A stretch of DNA of 32,000 bases from Candidatus Iainarchaeum sp. (GCA_028700115.1 JAQVTI010000002.1:1-32000), one strand, 5' to 3'; counted from the stretch's first letter, positions 5,175 through 13,749 are shown. Numbers and translations: made by a program. The notes: a model not told the origin generated them from the sequence alone.

Positions 5175-8100
5175 ATGAAGTTTAAAATTTATTTAATATT
5201 TATTATTTTAGTTTTTATATCAAGCACACTATGTGCTTCATATATAGGTTTTGAATATACTGAGGTTAGAAGTACTAGTTATTATACTTTTTCAAATACC
5301 CAATATTCAAATTACTATGAACCAATTGATTTAAGATTTTCTGCATATTCATCAGGTTTTAATAATTATGTTCCAGTCAGAGTAACTCCAAGAGTTTATG
5401 GGGTTCTGCCAAATGGGCAATTAAACTTTGTTTATACTCTCCCAACTTCTTCATATTTATTATATCCAAACCTTCCAATTTCATATACTTATAATAATTT
5501 ATTTTATTTTGACCCAGAATATCAATTTTATGAAATAAAATTAGATATTGTAACTACAGATGGTGTATATTCAGATACAGATACATCTTATGTTTATTTT
5601 GAAGAAAATGGAACTTCAGGTAATTCTGGAAATTCTGGTAATACAAATGATCTTGAAGTTATAGATTGTTCTAAATTTTCTTTATCTGGATTTTATGATA
5701 TTTATTTAGAGGAAGATAAAGAAGATACCTATGATTTATATATTTATAATTCTGTTGATTTCCCATTAGATATTTTATCTGTTATAACAAATGATCTTTC
5801 TGAACTTGATGTTGAAGATATAACTTATCCTTATACAATTTCTTCTTATCAAACAAGAAGTGCTCAAATTGATTTATTAGCAGATACAGTTTCAGATGAT
5901 TATTCTTCTTTTATGGATGTTTATGTGACTGCAAAATACGGAGATTTAGTTTGTAATAAAGAATTTAGAGTAAACTATACAATTGAAGATAAAGAAAATC
6001 CTTCAACTGCGGATTGTTCTGATATAGATTTTGAAAATATATCTTTTGAGATTATGGAAGATTCAAGTGATAGATTTGAAATTGATATTACAAATAATTC
6101 TTATGATTATGAATTTGAGATAGAATCAGTTTCTATAAATGATTCTGAAAATTTAGATGTAGATGTTTCATATTATCCTTCAAGAATAAATGTTGATCAA
6201 ACAAGAACTTTAAAAATAAATGTTGATTCAGAAGAAATTGATTCAAGTACAACTGAGGAAATTGAAGTTAAAGTTAAAGGGGTTATGACTAGAGACGGAA
6301 GAGAAGATAAAACTTGTAAAGTAAACCAAGATTTTAGATTTAGAATAATTGATTCTGAAAATACCTCTGGTTTTGGAGAATGTTCTGATATTAAGATTTA
6401 TACTTCACAAATTTCTCAAGTAGAAAATATTTCTAAAGATTATTCTCTTCAAGATGGTTTTTATATTTATAATTCTTCAAATAAAGATTTTATTATTACA
6501 AACATAGTTTTTGATGATAGATCTAGTGATTATGATATTTCAAAAAATCCAATGTCTTATACAGTTAATGCTTTTTCAAAAAATTCACTTAATTTCAATT
6601 TAAAGACTTATGATGTTTTTAATGATTTATATAAATCTAAGGTAAATGTATATGGTAAGTTTGAAAATGGAGTAAGTTGTTTATATTCTGATATTTCAAA
6701 AGAGTTTAATATATATATAGGTAAAGAACAAAATCAATGTAGTTTAATTAAACCTGATAGTATAAATGTAAATGAAGGTAAAAATACTTTAAGAGTATAT
6801 AATAATTCTAATCTTGATTTTATTGTAAATGATGTTTTGAAATCTAATCTTTCTGATTTAGATATTGATGTAATTGACAATTCATTTACAATTAATAAAA
6901 ATTCATATAAAGATATTGAATTTGGAGTTTTAGGTAAATCTGGTTATGCTGAGCTTTTATATAAGGGTGGATTTGAAAATGGAGTTAGTTGTTCTTATAC
7001 AGATATTTCAAAGTCTATTTTAAAAAGTAATAATTATTATTTATCTGGTGATTGTGAATTTTCTTTTGATTTTCCAAAATATTTAACTTTAAATTCTAAT
7101 CAAGATATTAAATCTTTTGAAATTTTTTTTAAAAATAAAACAAATAAGTCTGGTTACATAGAATTAACTACAGATGGTGCTAATATTTCTCCTTCTTTTT
7201 TATATTTTTCAAGTTTTGAGGATTTTACAAATAATGTTTTTATTTCTGATTTTATTAATTCTACTATTATTAATTATAATATTAAATTAAGTGATTGCCC
7301 TAAAGTGAATTATTCTACTTTTTTAAAAAAAGAAATAATTTTAGATAATAGTTTAGAGTTATTGTCTTTTTCAAATGAAATTAGTTCTACAAGTAATCAA
7401 ATAGATACATCTGTTGTTTTAAGAAATAATTCTGATTTTTCAAAAACTTTTGTTGTAGCCCTTTCTGGTTTTCCTTCTAGTTTGTCTTATTTAGTTTCTG
7501 ATAATCTTAATTTTTCTAATAGTAATAATGTTTTTACAATTGCCCCACATCAAGAAAAGATTTTATATTTTAGAATAAATTCAAGTATTTTAACAAATAA
7601 TTCTTTTAATGGATTTTTTGAATTTTTTATAGATGATTCTTTAGTTTTGCAAAAGCCTTTAAAAATAACATTAATTTCAAATCATGTTGTTGAATTTTTA
7701 ATGTCTGTTGATGTTTTAGATTCTTCTAATAGTTTTTCTAAGTTTATTTCTATAGATGTTGTTAATAATTCTTTAAATGATATTAATTCTGTAATTGTAT
7801 TTAATAATCTTAAAGAAAATATGGATGTTTTAGGAGATGATTTGAATTTTTTTATTTTGAAAAATTCAAATATTATTAAACAATATGAAATTAAAAGTAG
7901 TAGTTTTTTTCCAAAGGATTATAATTTAGATGTTATGTTATATGATTTTGATAAAAATATACCTTTAGCATCTACAAATGTTGTTTTTAATAGAAAAGGT
8001 AGTTTATTTAATACAGGTTTTTTTTCTTTAGGCGTTTTTAATAGTATTACTTTGATTTTTTTGATAATTTTATTTTTAATAATAATTGTATATTTTATTA

Positions 8101-8402
8101 AAAAACATAAAAATATTATGCCTATTAAAAATATTTTTTTAAAAAGAAAAAATTCTTTAATTTTGGATGATTCTAATAATTTTAAAAAGATTGTTTTAGA
8201 TAAGAAAGATGTTTTAGATAAGAAAGATGTTTTAGATAAGAAAGATGTTTTAGATAAGAAAGATGGTTTTAAGTTAGTTTATGATTCTTTTTTAATTAAT
8301 AATAATTCTAATATCAAAAGAAAGTCTCTAAATATGGTTGATAATAAAAAAATGGTTTCTAAAAAGAATTTAGATAGTTTTAATTTTTCTAAAAATTTTT
8401 AG
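5175..8402 (+). CDS. Large surface protein: signal peptide, repeated Cys-bracketed modules, C-terminal TM helix and a Lys-rich cytoplasmic tail
   Basis: The 1075-aa protein has Cys pairs at 165/260, 281/381, 403/502, 522/606 and 627/708, with the recurring motifs CSD-I and ENGVSC-x-Y-S/T-DISK. There are many N-x-S/T sequons. A TM segment (GVFNSITLIFLIILFLIIIVYFI-KKHK) is followed by about 100 further residues. Confidence 0.8.
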   Translation: MKFKIYLIFIILVFISSTLCASYIGFEYTEVRSTSYYTFSNTQYSNYYEPIDLRFSAYSSGFNNYVPVRVTPRVYGVLPNGQLNFVYTLPTSSYLLYPNLPISYTYNNLFYFDPEYQFYEIKLDIVTTDGVYSDTDTSYVYFEENGTSGNSGNSGNTNDLEVIDCSKFSLSGFYDIYLEEDKEDTYDLYIYNSVDFPLDILSVITNDLSELDVEDITYPYTISSYQTRSAQIDLLADTVSDDYSSFMDVYVTAKYGDLVCNKEFRVNYTIEDKENPSTADCSDIDFENISFEIMEDSSDRFEIDITNNSYDYEFEIESVSINDSENLDVDVSYYPSRINVDQTRTLKINVDSEEIDSSTTEEIEVKVKGVMTRDGREDKTCKVNQDFRFRIIDSENTSGFGECSDIKIYTSQISQVENISKDYSLQDGFYIYNSSNKDFIITNIVFDDRSSDYDISKNPMSYTVNAFSKNSLNFNLKTYDVFNDLYKSKVNVYGKFENGVSCLYSDISKEFNIYIGKEQNQCSLIKPDSINVNEGKNTLRVYNNSNLDFIVNDVLKSNLSDLDIDVIDNSFTINKNSYKDIEFGVLGKSGYAELLYKGGFENGVSCSYTDISKSILKSNNYYLSGDCEFSFDFPKYLTLNSNQDIKSFEIFFKNKTNKSGYIELTTDGANISPSFLYFSSFEDFTNNVFISDFINSTIINYNIKLSDCPKVNYSTFLKKEIILDNSLELLSFSNEISSTSNQIDTSVVLRNNSDFSKTFVVALSGFPSSLSYLVSDNLNFSNSNNVFTIAPHQEKILYFRINSSILTNNSFNGFFEFFIDDSLVLQKPLKITLISNHVVEFLMSVDVLDSSNSFSKFISIDVVNNSLNDINSVIVFNNLKENMDVLGDDLNFFILKNSNIIKQYEIKSSSFFPKDYNLDVMLYDFDKNIPLASTNVVFNRKGSLFNTGFFSLGVFNSITLIFLIILFLIIIVYFIKKHKNIMPIKNIFLKRKNSLILDDSNNFKKIVLDKKDVLDKKDVLDKKDVLDKKDGFKLVYDSFLINNNSNIKRKSLNMVDNKKMVSKKNLDSFNFSKNF
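8193..8264 (+). repeat. Perfect 18-bp x4 tandem repeat (gttttagataagaaagat) encoding (VLDKKD)4 in the tail of the surface protein
   Basis: Read directly from the sequence: four identical units, in frame. Confidence 0.95.
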
Positions 8403-8433
8403 TTATTTTTATATTTTATTAATATTCTGAGTT

Positions 8434-8451
8434 TTTTTAGAATGTTTTTTT
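8434..8451 (+). terminator. Oligo-T tracts downstream of the surface-protein gene
   Basis: Two T7 runs (8434-8440 and 8445-8451) lie after the stop at 8402. Archaeal termination uses oligo-T signals. Confidence 0.3.
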
Positions 8452-8553
8452 AGGTTTTGAAATCTTTTGCACCTTATTTTTGCATTTAAAGCTTATTTTA
8501 TTCTTTTAAGTTTTTTTTGTGCAAATTGAGTGCTTTTTAGGTTGTTTTTTGGC

Positions 8554-8568
8554 AATCTATTTATAAAG
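8554..8568 (+). promoter_or_regulatory. Candidate BRE/TATA promoter element (aatctatttataaag), copy 1
   Basis: An identical 15-mer recurs at 29588-29602 upstream of the L7Ae operon. It contains a TTTATAAA core. Confidence 0.45.
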
Positions 8569-8607
8569 TTTTCTATTCAGTTAATTATTATATAAACAAT
8601 ATAAGCT

Positions 8608-8697
8608 TTGTACACTGCTAGTTAACAGGTACAATATATTAACTTTTTTAATTAAAAGTTAACATGTAAATGCAAAGCAAGATTTATGTGTTTTTTT
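8608..8697 (+). other. Three consecutive hairpins followed by T7: candidate small structured RNA or ribosomal-operon leader
   Basis: The hairpins are at 8608-8634 (6+3 bp with a bulge), 8639-8662 (9 bp, ttaactttt/aaaagttaa) and 8663-8690 (9 bp including 2 G-U pairs). A T7 run follows at 8691-8697. The segment begins about 40 nt downstream of the TATA-like 15-mer. Confidence 0.25.
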
Positions 8698-8804
8698 AAA
8701 AATTTTAAAAAAGTAGATTTATGTTTGTGCATTTTTATAAAAAATGATTTAATATATTTAAAAAAATTTAAAAATATTTTAAAAAATAATAATGTGTTTT
8801 TAAT

Positions 8805-9788
8805 ATGCCAAGAAGATATAAACCAAGAGCTGGTTCTATGGCTTTTTACCCTAGGGTAAAAGCAAAATCAATTATTCCTAAGTTTAATAGTTTTGGAGAT
8901 ATTGTAAATAATTCAGATTGTAAGCCTCTTTGTTTTTTTACAATTAAAGCAGGTATGGCCCAAGTAATTGGTAAAGATGCTCATAAGAAGAGTTCTACTT
9001 ATGGTCAAGAAGTTGTAACTTCTGTAACTTTACTTGATGCTCCTGATTTGAAGGTTGTAGGAGCCAGATTTTATAAAGATAATAAAATTATTTTTGGGAA
9101 AAAAGCTGTTTTTGAATTTTTAAATTTTGATAATTTAATTTCACGAAAAATAAAAGGTAAAAATTCAAAAAAAACAATTTCTTTAGATGATATTTTAAAA
9201 AGAAAAGATGAAGCAAATTCTTTAGTTTTATTAGCTTATTTAGATTCTAAAAAAACATCTACTGGTCAAAAGAAACCAATTTTAGCAGAGATTCCTTTGT
9301 CAGGAGATTATGATTCTCAAATAAATTATTTAAAAGAGAAATTAAATAAAACCATTTCTGCTTTAGAAGTTTTTAATGCTGATACTTATTTAGATGTTAA
9401 GTCTATTTCTAAAGGACATGGAACAACAGGTCCTGTTAAAAGATTTAATATAAAAACATTAAGACCAAAACACCAACAAATAGAAAGACATGTTGGTTCA
9501 ATTGGTCCATGGCATCCTGCTACAATAATGTATACTGTTCCTAGAGCAGGTCAACATGGTTTCCATAATAGAACTGCTTATAATAAAAAATTATTAATGA
9601 TAGATTCAGATGTAAATAAAGTTAATTTTAAAGCAGGTTTACAAAATTATGGGGTTTTAAAAAATAATTATCTTGTGGTTGCTGGTTCTGTTCCAGGTCC
9701 TGTTAAAAGAGTTGTAGTTTTAAGAAATGCAACAAGACCACAAAGAAATTTAGTAGAGTTAACAGATATAAAAATTATAGTTAATTAA
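8805..9788 (+). CDS. rpl3: 50S ribosomal protein L3 (uL3)
   Basis: Diagnostic segments are MPRRYKPRAGSMAFYPR, GHGTTGPVKRF and GPWHPATIMYTVPRAGQHGFHNRT. It is the first gene of the conserved archaeal cluster. Confidence 0.95.
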   Translation: MPRRYKPRAGSMAFYPRVKAKSIIPKFNSFGDIVNNSDCKPLCFFTIKAGMAQVIGKDAHKKSSTYGQEVVTSVTLLDAPDLKVVGARFYKDNKIIFGKKAVFEFLNFDNLISRKIKGKNSKKTISLDDILKRKDEANSLVLLAYLDSKKTSTGQKKPILAEIPLSGDYDSQINYLKEKLNKTISALEVFNADTYLDVKSISKGHGTTGPVKRFNIKTLRPKHQQIERHVGSIGPWHPATIMYTVPRAGQHGFHNRTAYNKKLLMIDSDVNKVNFKAGLQNYGVLKNNYLVVAGSVPGPVKRVVVLRNATRPQRNLVELTDIKIIVN

Positions 9789-9799
9789 AGTGGGTTTTT

Positions 9800-10618
9800 A
9801 TGAAAACAAATGTTTTTAATTTAGAAGGAAAAGTAATTAAGGAAATTAATTTGCCAAGCTTTTTTGAAGAAAATTATAGACCTGATCTTATTAAAAGAGC
9901 AGTAATTTCAAGTCAATCAAAAAGTTATCAACCAAAAGGTAATTCTCCTTATTCAAATAGACTAAATACTGCTGAATATAGAGGTGTAAGAAAACCAAGT
10001 AGAATGAAAAATTCTATTAATACAGGTCATGCAAGACTTCCAAGATTAAAAAATAGAACAGTTCTTATGGCTGGAAGAGTTGCAGGGGTTTCTCAAGCAT
10101 TAGGTGGACCTAGAGCGCATCCTCCAAAAGTTTCAAAAATTTTAGTTAAAAAAATAAATTCAAAGGAAAGAACAAAAGCAATTTTAAGTGCAATTTCTGC
10201 AACTGCAAGTAAGTCTATTGTAAGTGTTAGAGGTTCTTTACTTCCTGAAACAATAAAAACTCTCCCAATTATTGTTGATTCTTCTTTAGAAGATGTTTTA
10301 AAAACAAAAGATGTTGATTCTTTTTTAGAAAAATTAGGATTAATTGAAAATATACAAAAAGCTAAAGATGCAAAAACTTTTAGAGCAGGAAGAGGAAAAA
10401 CAAGGGGTAGACGATATAAAAGAAGAAAAAGTATTTTGTTTGTTTTAGGAGATAATAAAAATTATAAGTCCTTTTTAAATATTGAAGGTGTTGATGTAAT
10501 TAATGCAAAATATCTTTCAATTAATGAACTTGCTCCTGGAACACATGCAGGAAGATTAACAATTTATACTGAAAATGCAATTGAAGAGTTAAAAAACAGA
10601 TTTTCTAAGGTGAATTAA
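9800..10618 (+). CDS. rpl4: 50S ribosomal protein L4 (uL4)
   Basis: Diagnostic segments are RPDLIKRAV, SYQPKG and RAGRGKTRGRRYKRRKS. Synteny places it after L3. Confidence 0.95.
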   Translation: MKTNVFNLEGKVIKEINLPSFFEENYRPDLIKRAVISSQSKSYQPKGNSPYSNRLNTAEYRGVRKPSRMKNSINTGHARLPRLKNRTVLMAGRVAGVSQALGGPRAHPPKVSKILVKKINSKERTKAILSAISATASKSIVSVRGSLLPETIKTLPIIVDSSLEDVLKTKDVDSFLEKLGLIENIQKAKDAKTFRAGRGKTRGRRYKRRKSILFVLGDNKNYKSFLNIEGVDVINAKYLSINELAPGTHAGRLTIYTENAIEELKNRFSKVN

Positions 10619-10619
10619 A

Positions 10620-10889
10620 ATGAAAATTATAGAATATTATGATGTTGTAGAATATCCTGTTATTACAGAAAAAGCTGTTGATTTAATTTCAACTGCAAAT
10701 AGATTAACTTTTGTTGTTAATAAAAAGTCTACAAAAGCACAAATTAAAGATGCTGTCGAAAAAATGTATAATGTGAAAGTTAAAACTATTAATACTTTAT
10801 TAGATAGAAAAAATAGAAAAAAAGCATTTGTTACTCTTTCAAAGGAAAATAATGCCCAAGATGTAGCAAATAAGCTTGGAATATTATAG
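10620..10889 (+). CDS. rpl23: 50S ribosomal protein L23 (uL23)
   Basis: The 89-aa protein contains YPVITEKAVDLISTANRLTFVV and STKAQIKDAVEKMYNVKV. Synteny supports the call. Confidence 0.93.
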   Translation: MKIIEYYDVVEYPVITEKAVDLISTANRLTFVVNKKSTKAQIKDAVEKMYNVKVKTINTLLDRKNRKKAFVTLSKENNAQDVANKLGIL

Positions 10890-10914
10890 ATATTAATTTT
10901 TAAAGGTAATTACT

Positions 10915-11619
10915 ATGGGAAGAAGATTAAAACTTCAAAGAAGAGGAAAAGGAAGTCCAAAGTATAAATCTACTATTCATGCAAAAGTAGATATTAGGTA
11001 TAATCATTTTAAAGAACTTGTAAAAGCACAAGTTATAGAAATGATTACAGATCCAGTAAGGTCTGCGCCTATTGCAAAAATTCTTTTAGAAACTGGACAA
11101 ACAGATTATGTAATATGTTCTGAAGGTCTTTTAACTGGTCAAAAGTTAGAGTTTGGGCAAGGTGCTAGTCAAAAAGTTGGTAATGTTTTATTTTTAGAAG
11201 ATATTGCTCCTGGTACTCAAATATTTAATATTGAAAAAAACTTTGGAGATGGTGGGAAATTTGTTAGAGCAAGTGGACAATCTGCAGTTTTAGTTTCAAA
11301 AAAAGAAAAAGCTATGGTGAAATTACCTTCTGGACAATTAAAAACATTTCCATTAGGAGTTAGAGCTACAATTGGTGTTGTAGCTGCTTCAGGAAGAACA
11401 AATAAACCATTTGTTACTGCTGGTAGTAAATTCCATGCAATGAAAGCAAAAAGCAAACCTTATCCAAGAGTTAGAGGTGTTGCTATGAACCCTGTTGATC
11501 ATCCTTTTGGTGGTTTTCAACATCATGTAGGGCATTCTAAGTCTACTTCAAGACATGCTCCTGCTGGTAGAAAAGTTGGTTCAATTGCATCAAAGAGAAC
11601 TGGAAGAAAGAAGAAGTAA
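10915..11619 (+). CDS. rpl2: 50S ribosomal protein L2 (uL2)
   Basis: Contains PRVRGVAMNPVDHPFGG and a basic C-terminus. Synteny supports the call. Confidence 0.95.
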   Translation: MGRRLKLQRRGKGSPKYKSTIHAKVDIRYNHFKELVKAQVIEMITDPVRSAPIAKILLETGQTDYVICSEGLLTGQKLEFGQGASQKVGNVLFLEDIAPGTQIFNIEKNFGDGGKFVRASGQSAVLVSKKEKAMVKLPSGQLKTFPLGVRATIGVVAASGRTNKPFVTAGSKFHAMKAKSKPYPRVRGVAMNPVDHPFGGFQHHVGHSKSTSRHAPAGRKVGSIASKRTGRKKK

Positions 11620-11631
11620 ATGTGAGTTTAA

Positions 11632-12018
11632 ATGGAAGAACCAAATGATTTTTTATATAAAGGTAAATCTTTAGATGATTTAAAAAAATTATCTTTAAAA
11701 GAGTTTGCAAGTTTAGTAAATTCTAGAGCTAGACGAAATATTATTAGAAATGAATCTGATCAGTTTTATCAAAGAGTTGAAAAAGATATAAAGCAAAATA
11801 ATATTAGAACACATAGAAGAGATTTAATTGTGACTCCTAAAATGGTTGGAAAGACAATAAGTATTTATAATGGAAAAGAGTTTAAACCAGTTTTTATTGT
11901 TTCAGAAATGCTTGGGCATTATTTAGGGGAATTTGTTCTTACTAGAAAAAGATTAATTCATGGTAAAGCAGGAATTGGTGCTACAAAGTCAAGTACTGCA
12001 ATAAGTGAAAGAAAGTAA
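11632..12018 (+). CDS. rps19: 30S ribosomal protein S19 (uS19)
   Basis: Contains HRRDLIVTPKMVGKTISIYNGKEFKPVFIVSEMLGHYLGEF. Confidence 0.93.
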   Translation: MEEPNDFLYKGKSLDDLKKLSLKEFASLVNSRARRNIIRNESDQFYQRVEKDIKQNNIRTHRRDLIVTPKMVGKTISIYNGKEFKPVFIVSEMLGHYLGEFVLTRKRLIHGKAGIGATKSSTAISERK

Positions 12019-12030
12019 AGGTAGATTAAT

Positions 12031-12501
12031 ATGACTTTAAAAAATTATAATTATCAAAAACCTTTGGATGAAAAAAGAATTGCAAAGGCATCTAGGCAAA
12101 ATGCAAAAGTTTCTACAAAATATTCAATAGAATTTTGTAATTATTTTAAAAATATGCCATTAAAAAAAGCAATAAAAATTTCTCAAGATATTCAAGATAA
12201 AAAAGATTTTCTACCATTAGTTAGATTTAATAAAAAAGTTGGGCATAGAAAAGGTCAATCTAAAAGAGGAGTTTCTTCAGGAAGATATCCTATTAAATGT
12301 GCTGCTTTAGTAAAAGAGTTATTAAAAGATGTTTCTTCTAATGCAGAAGATAAAAATTTAGATATTAATAAATTAAAAATCATTCACATGTTTGCTTCAA
12401 AAGGAGTAACTAGATCTAAATTGCAACCTCTAGGAAGAGTTAGCGGTAAGCAAAGAGAGTCTAAATCAACAAACATAGAAGTGATTGTTCTGGAGGAATA
12501 A
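12031..12501 (+). CDS. rpl22: 50S ribosomal protein L22 (uL22)
   Basis: Lies between S19 and S3. The AKASRQNAKVSTKYSIEFCNYFKNMPLKKA pattern is typical of archaeal L22. Confidence 0.9.
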   Translation: MTLKNYNYQKPLDEKRIAKASRQNAKVSTKYSIEFCNYFKNMPLKKAIKISQDIQDKKDFLPLVRFNKKVGHRKGQSKRGVSSGRYPIKCAALVKELLKDVSSNAEDKNLDINKLKIIHMFASKGVTRSKLQPLGRVSGKQRESKSTNIEVIVLEE

Positions 12502-12504
12502 TCT

Positions 12505-13500
12505 GTGAAGGAAAATATTTTTGTAAAAGATAAATTAAAAAAGATTGCAATTGCAAACTATCTTAAAAAAAAACTAAAAAGTGCAGGATTTATAGATGTT
12601 GAAGTTGTTAAAACTTCTTTTAATACAAGAATTGTAATTTATTCTTTAAAGCCTGGTTTTATTATTGGTAAAAAAGGTGCAAATATCAGAGAACTTACTA
12701 ATGATTTAGAAAATAAGTTTGGATATTCAAAAGTTCATATAGAAATTGGAGAAATTCCAAATAAAAATTTAGATGCAAAAGTAATAATAGAAAATATTGA
12801 AGCAAATATTTCTAAGGGAATTTCTTGGAAAAGCGTTGTATATTCTGCATTAAGACAAATTAAAAATGCTGGTGCAATTGGTGCTGAAATTGTTGCAAAA
12901 GGAAACACTGCGGGAAAAGGTCAAAGAAAAAGAAAATCTAGATTCTTTTTTGGATATATGAAAAAAGCAGGAGATCAAAAAGATCTTGTAAGTTTTGAGA
13001 AAAAAACTACTTTTCCTGGTCTTGGAACAATTGGTATAAGACTTAGAATTGTAAAACCAGATATTATGTTTAGTGATAAAGTAGATGTTTCTGAACTTTG
13101 TAGAGATTTTAAAATAAAAATGGAAGAAGAAATTTTAGAAAAATCTAAAGAAAAAATTGATAATGTAGATAAAAGTTCAAAAGATATTAAAGAAAAAGAT
13201 ATTAAAGAAAAAGATATTAAAGAAAAAGATATTAAAGAAAAAGATATTAAAGAAAAAGATATTAAAGAAAAAGATATTAAAGAAAAAGATATTAAAGAAA
13301 AAGATATTAAAGAAATTTCTAATGATAAAAAAAGTTTATCTAAAAAGAAAGTTTCTAAAGAAAATAGTTCTTTAAAAAAAGATATTTCTAAAAAAGTAAC
13401 TTCAAAAGTAAAAGATGTTTTAAAAACAAAAGATGATAGTAAAAATTTATCTATATCTAATGATTCTAAATTAGATGATTTAATAAAAGTAGATAAATAA
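12505..13500 (+). CDS. rps3: 30S ribosomal protein S3 (uS3) with a long K/E/D/S-rich C-terminal extension containing (KDIKE)9
   Basis: A KH-domain region (IIGKKGANIRELTNDLENKFG) and an S3 C-domain (ISWKSVVYSALRQIKNAGAIGAEIVAKG) are present. The start is GTG, preceded by GGAGGA. At 331 aa the protein is long for archaeal S3. Confidence 0.93.
   Translation: MKENIFVKDKLKKIAIANYLKKKLKSAGFIDVEVVKTSFNTRIVIYSLKPGFIIGKKGANIRELTNDLENKFGYSKVHIEIGEIPNKNLDAKVIIENIEANISKGISWKSVVYSALRQIKNAGAIGAEIVAKGNTAGKGQRKRKSRFFFGYMKKAGDQKDLVSFEKKTTFPGLGTIGIRLRIVKPDIMFSDKVDVSELCRDFKIKMEEEILEKSKEKIDNVDKSSKDIKEKDIKEKDIKEKDIKEKDIKEKDIKEKDIKEKDIKEKDIKEISNDKKSLSKKKVSKENSSLKKDISKKVTSKVKDVLKTKDDSKNLSISNDSKLDDLIKVDK
13183..13315 (+). 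repeat. Perfect 15-bp tandem repeat (gatattaaagaaaaa), 8 full units plus 13 nt, inside the S3 3' extension
   Basis: Read directly from the sequence. No substitution in any unit. Confidence 0.95.
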
Positions 13501-13521
13501 TTATTTAAGAGTTGATTTTAA

Positions 13522-13749
13522 ATGGTTAAAAAAAGAAAAATTGAATACAATTCAATTGAAGAGATTGATAATAAAGTTAAAAAATTAAAATTAGATCTTG
13601 CTAAACATAAAGGTATGCTTGCTTCTAAGACAAAAACTAACAATACTTCTAAAAAAGGTGAACTTAAAAAAGAAATTGCAAGACTTTTAACTAAAAAAAA
13701 TCAATTATCTAAATTAAATTTAGTTAATGCCGTGGAGGGTAAGAAATAA
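13522..13749 (+). CDS. rpl29: 50S ribosomal protein L29 (uL29)
   Basis: The 75-aa helical protein has the EIDNKVKKLKLDLAKHKG pattern. It lies directly after S3. Confidence 0.88.
   Translation: MVKKRKIEYNSIEEIDNKVKKLKLDLAKHKGMLASKTKTNNTSKKGELKKEIARLLTKKNQLSKLNLVNAVEGKK

Noticed and set aside
5619-5642. Short 9-bp repeat ggtaattct/ggaaattct encoding GNSGNSGN in the surface protein
   Set aside because: It is too short and imperfect to be more than a low-complexity linker.
8020-8110. NTGFF-TM-KKHK segment as a canonical PGF-CTERM archaeosortase signal
   Set aside because: Canonical signals sit at the extreme C-terminus, and here about 100 residues follow. The motif is TGF, not PGF. It is kept only as a low-confidence hypothesis in the findings.
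13183-13315. Tandem repeats (also 8193-8264) considered as possible CRISPR arrays
   Set aside because: The units are contiguous with no spacers, short (15 and 18 bp), and in frame within long ORFs. No cas genes are present. No CRISPR array was seen in the window.
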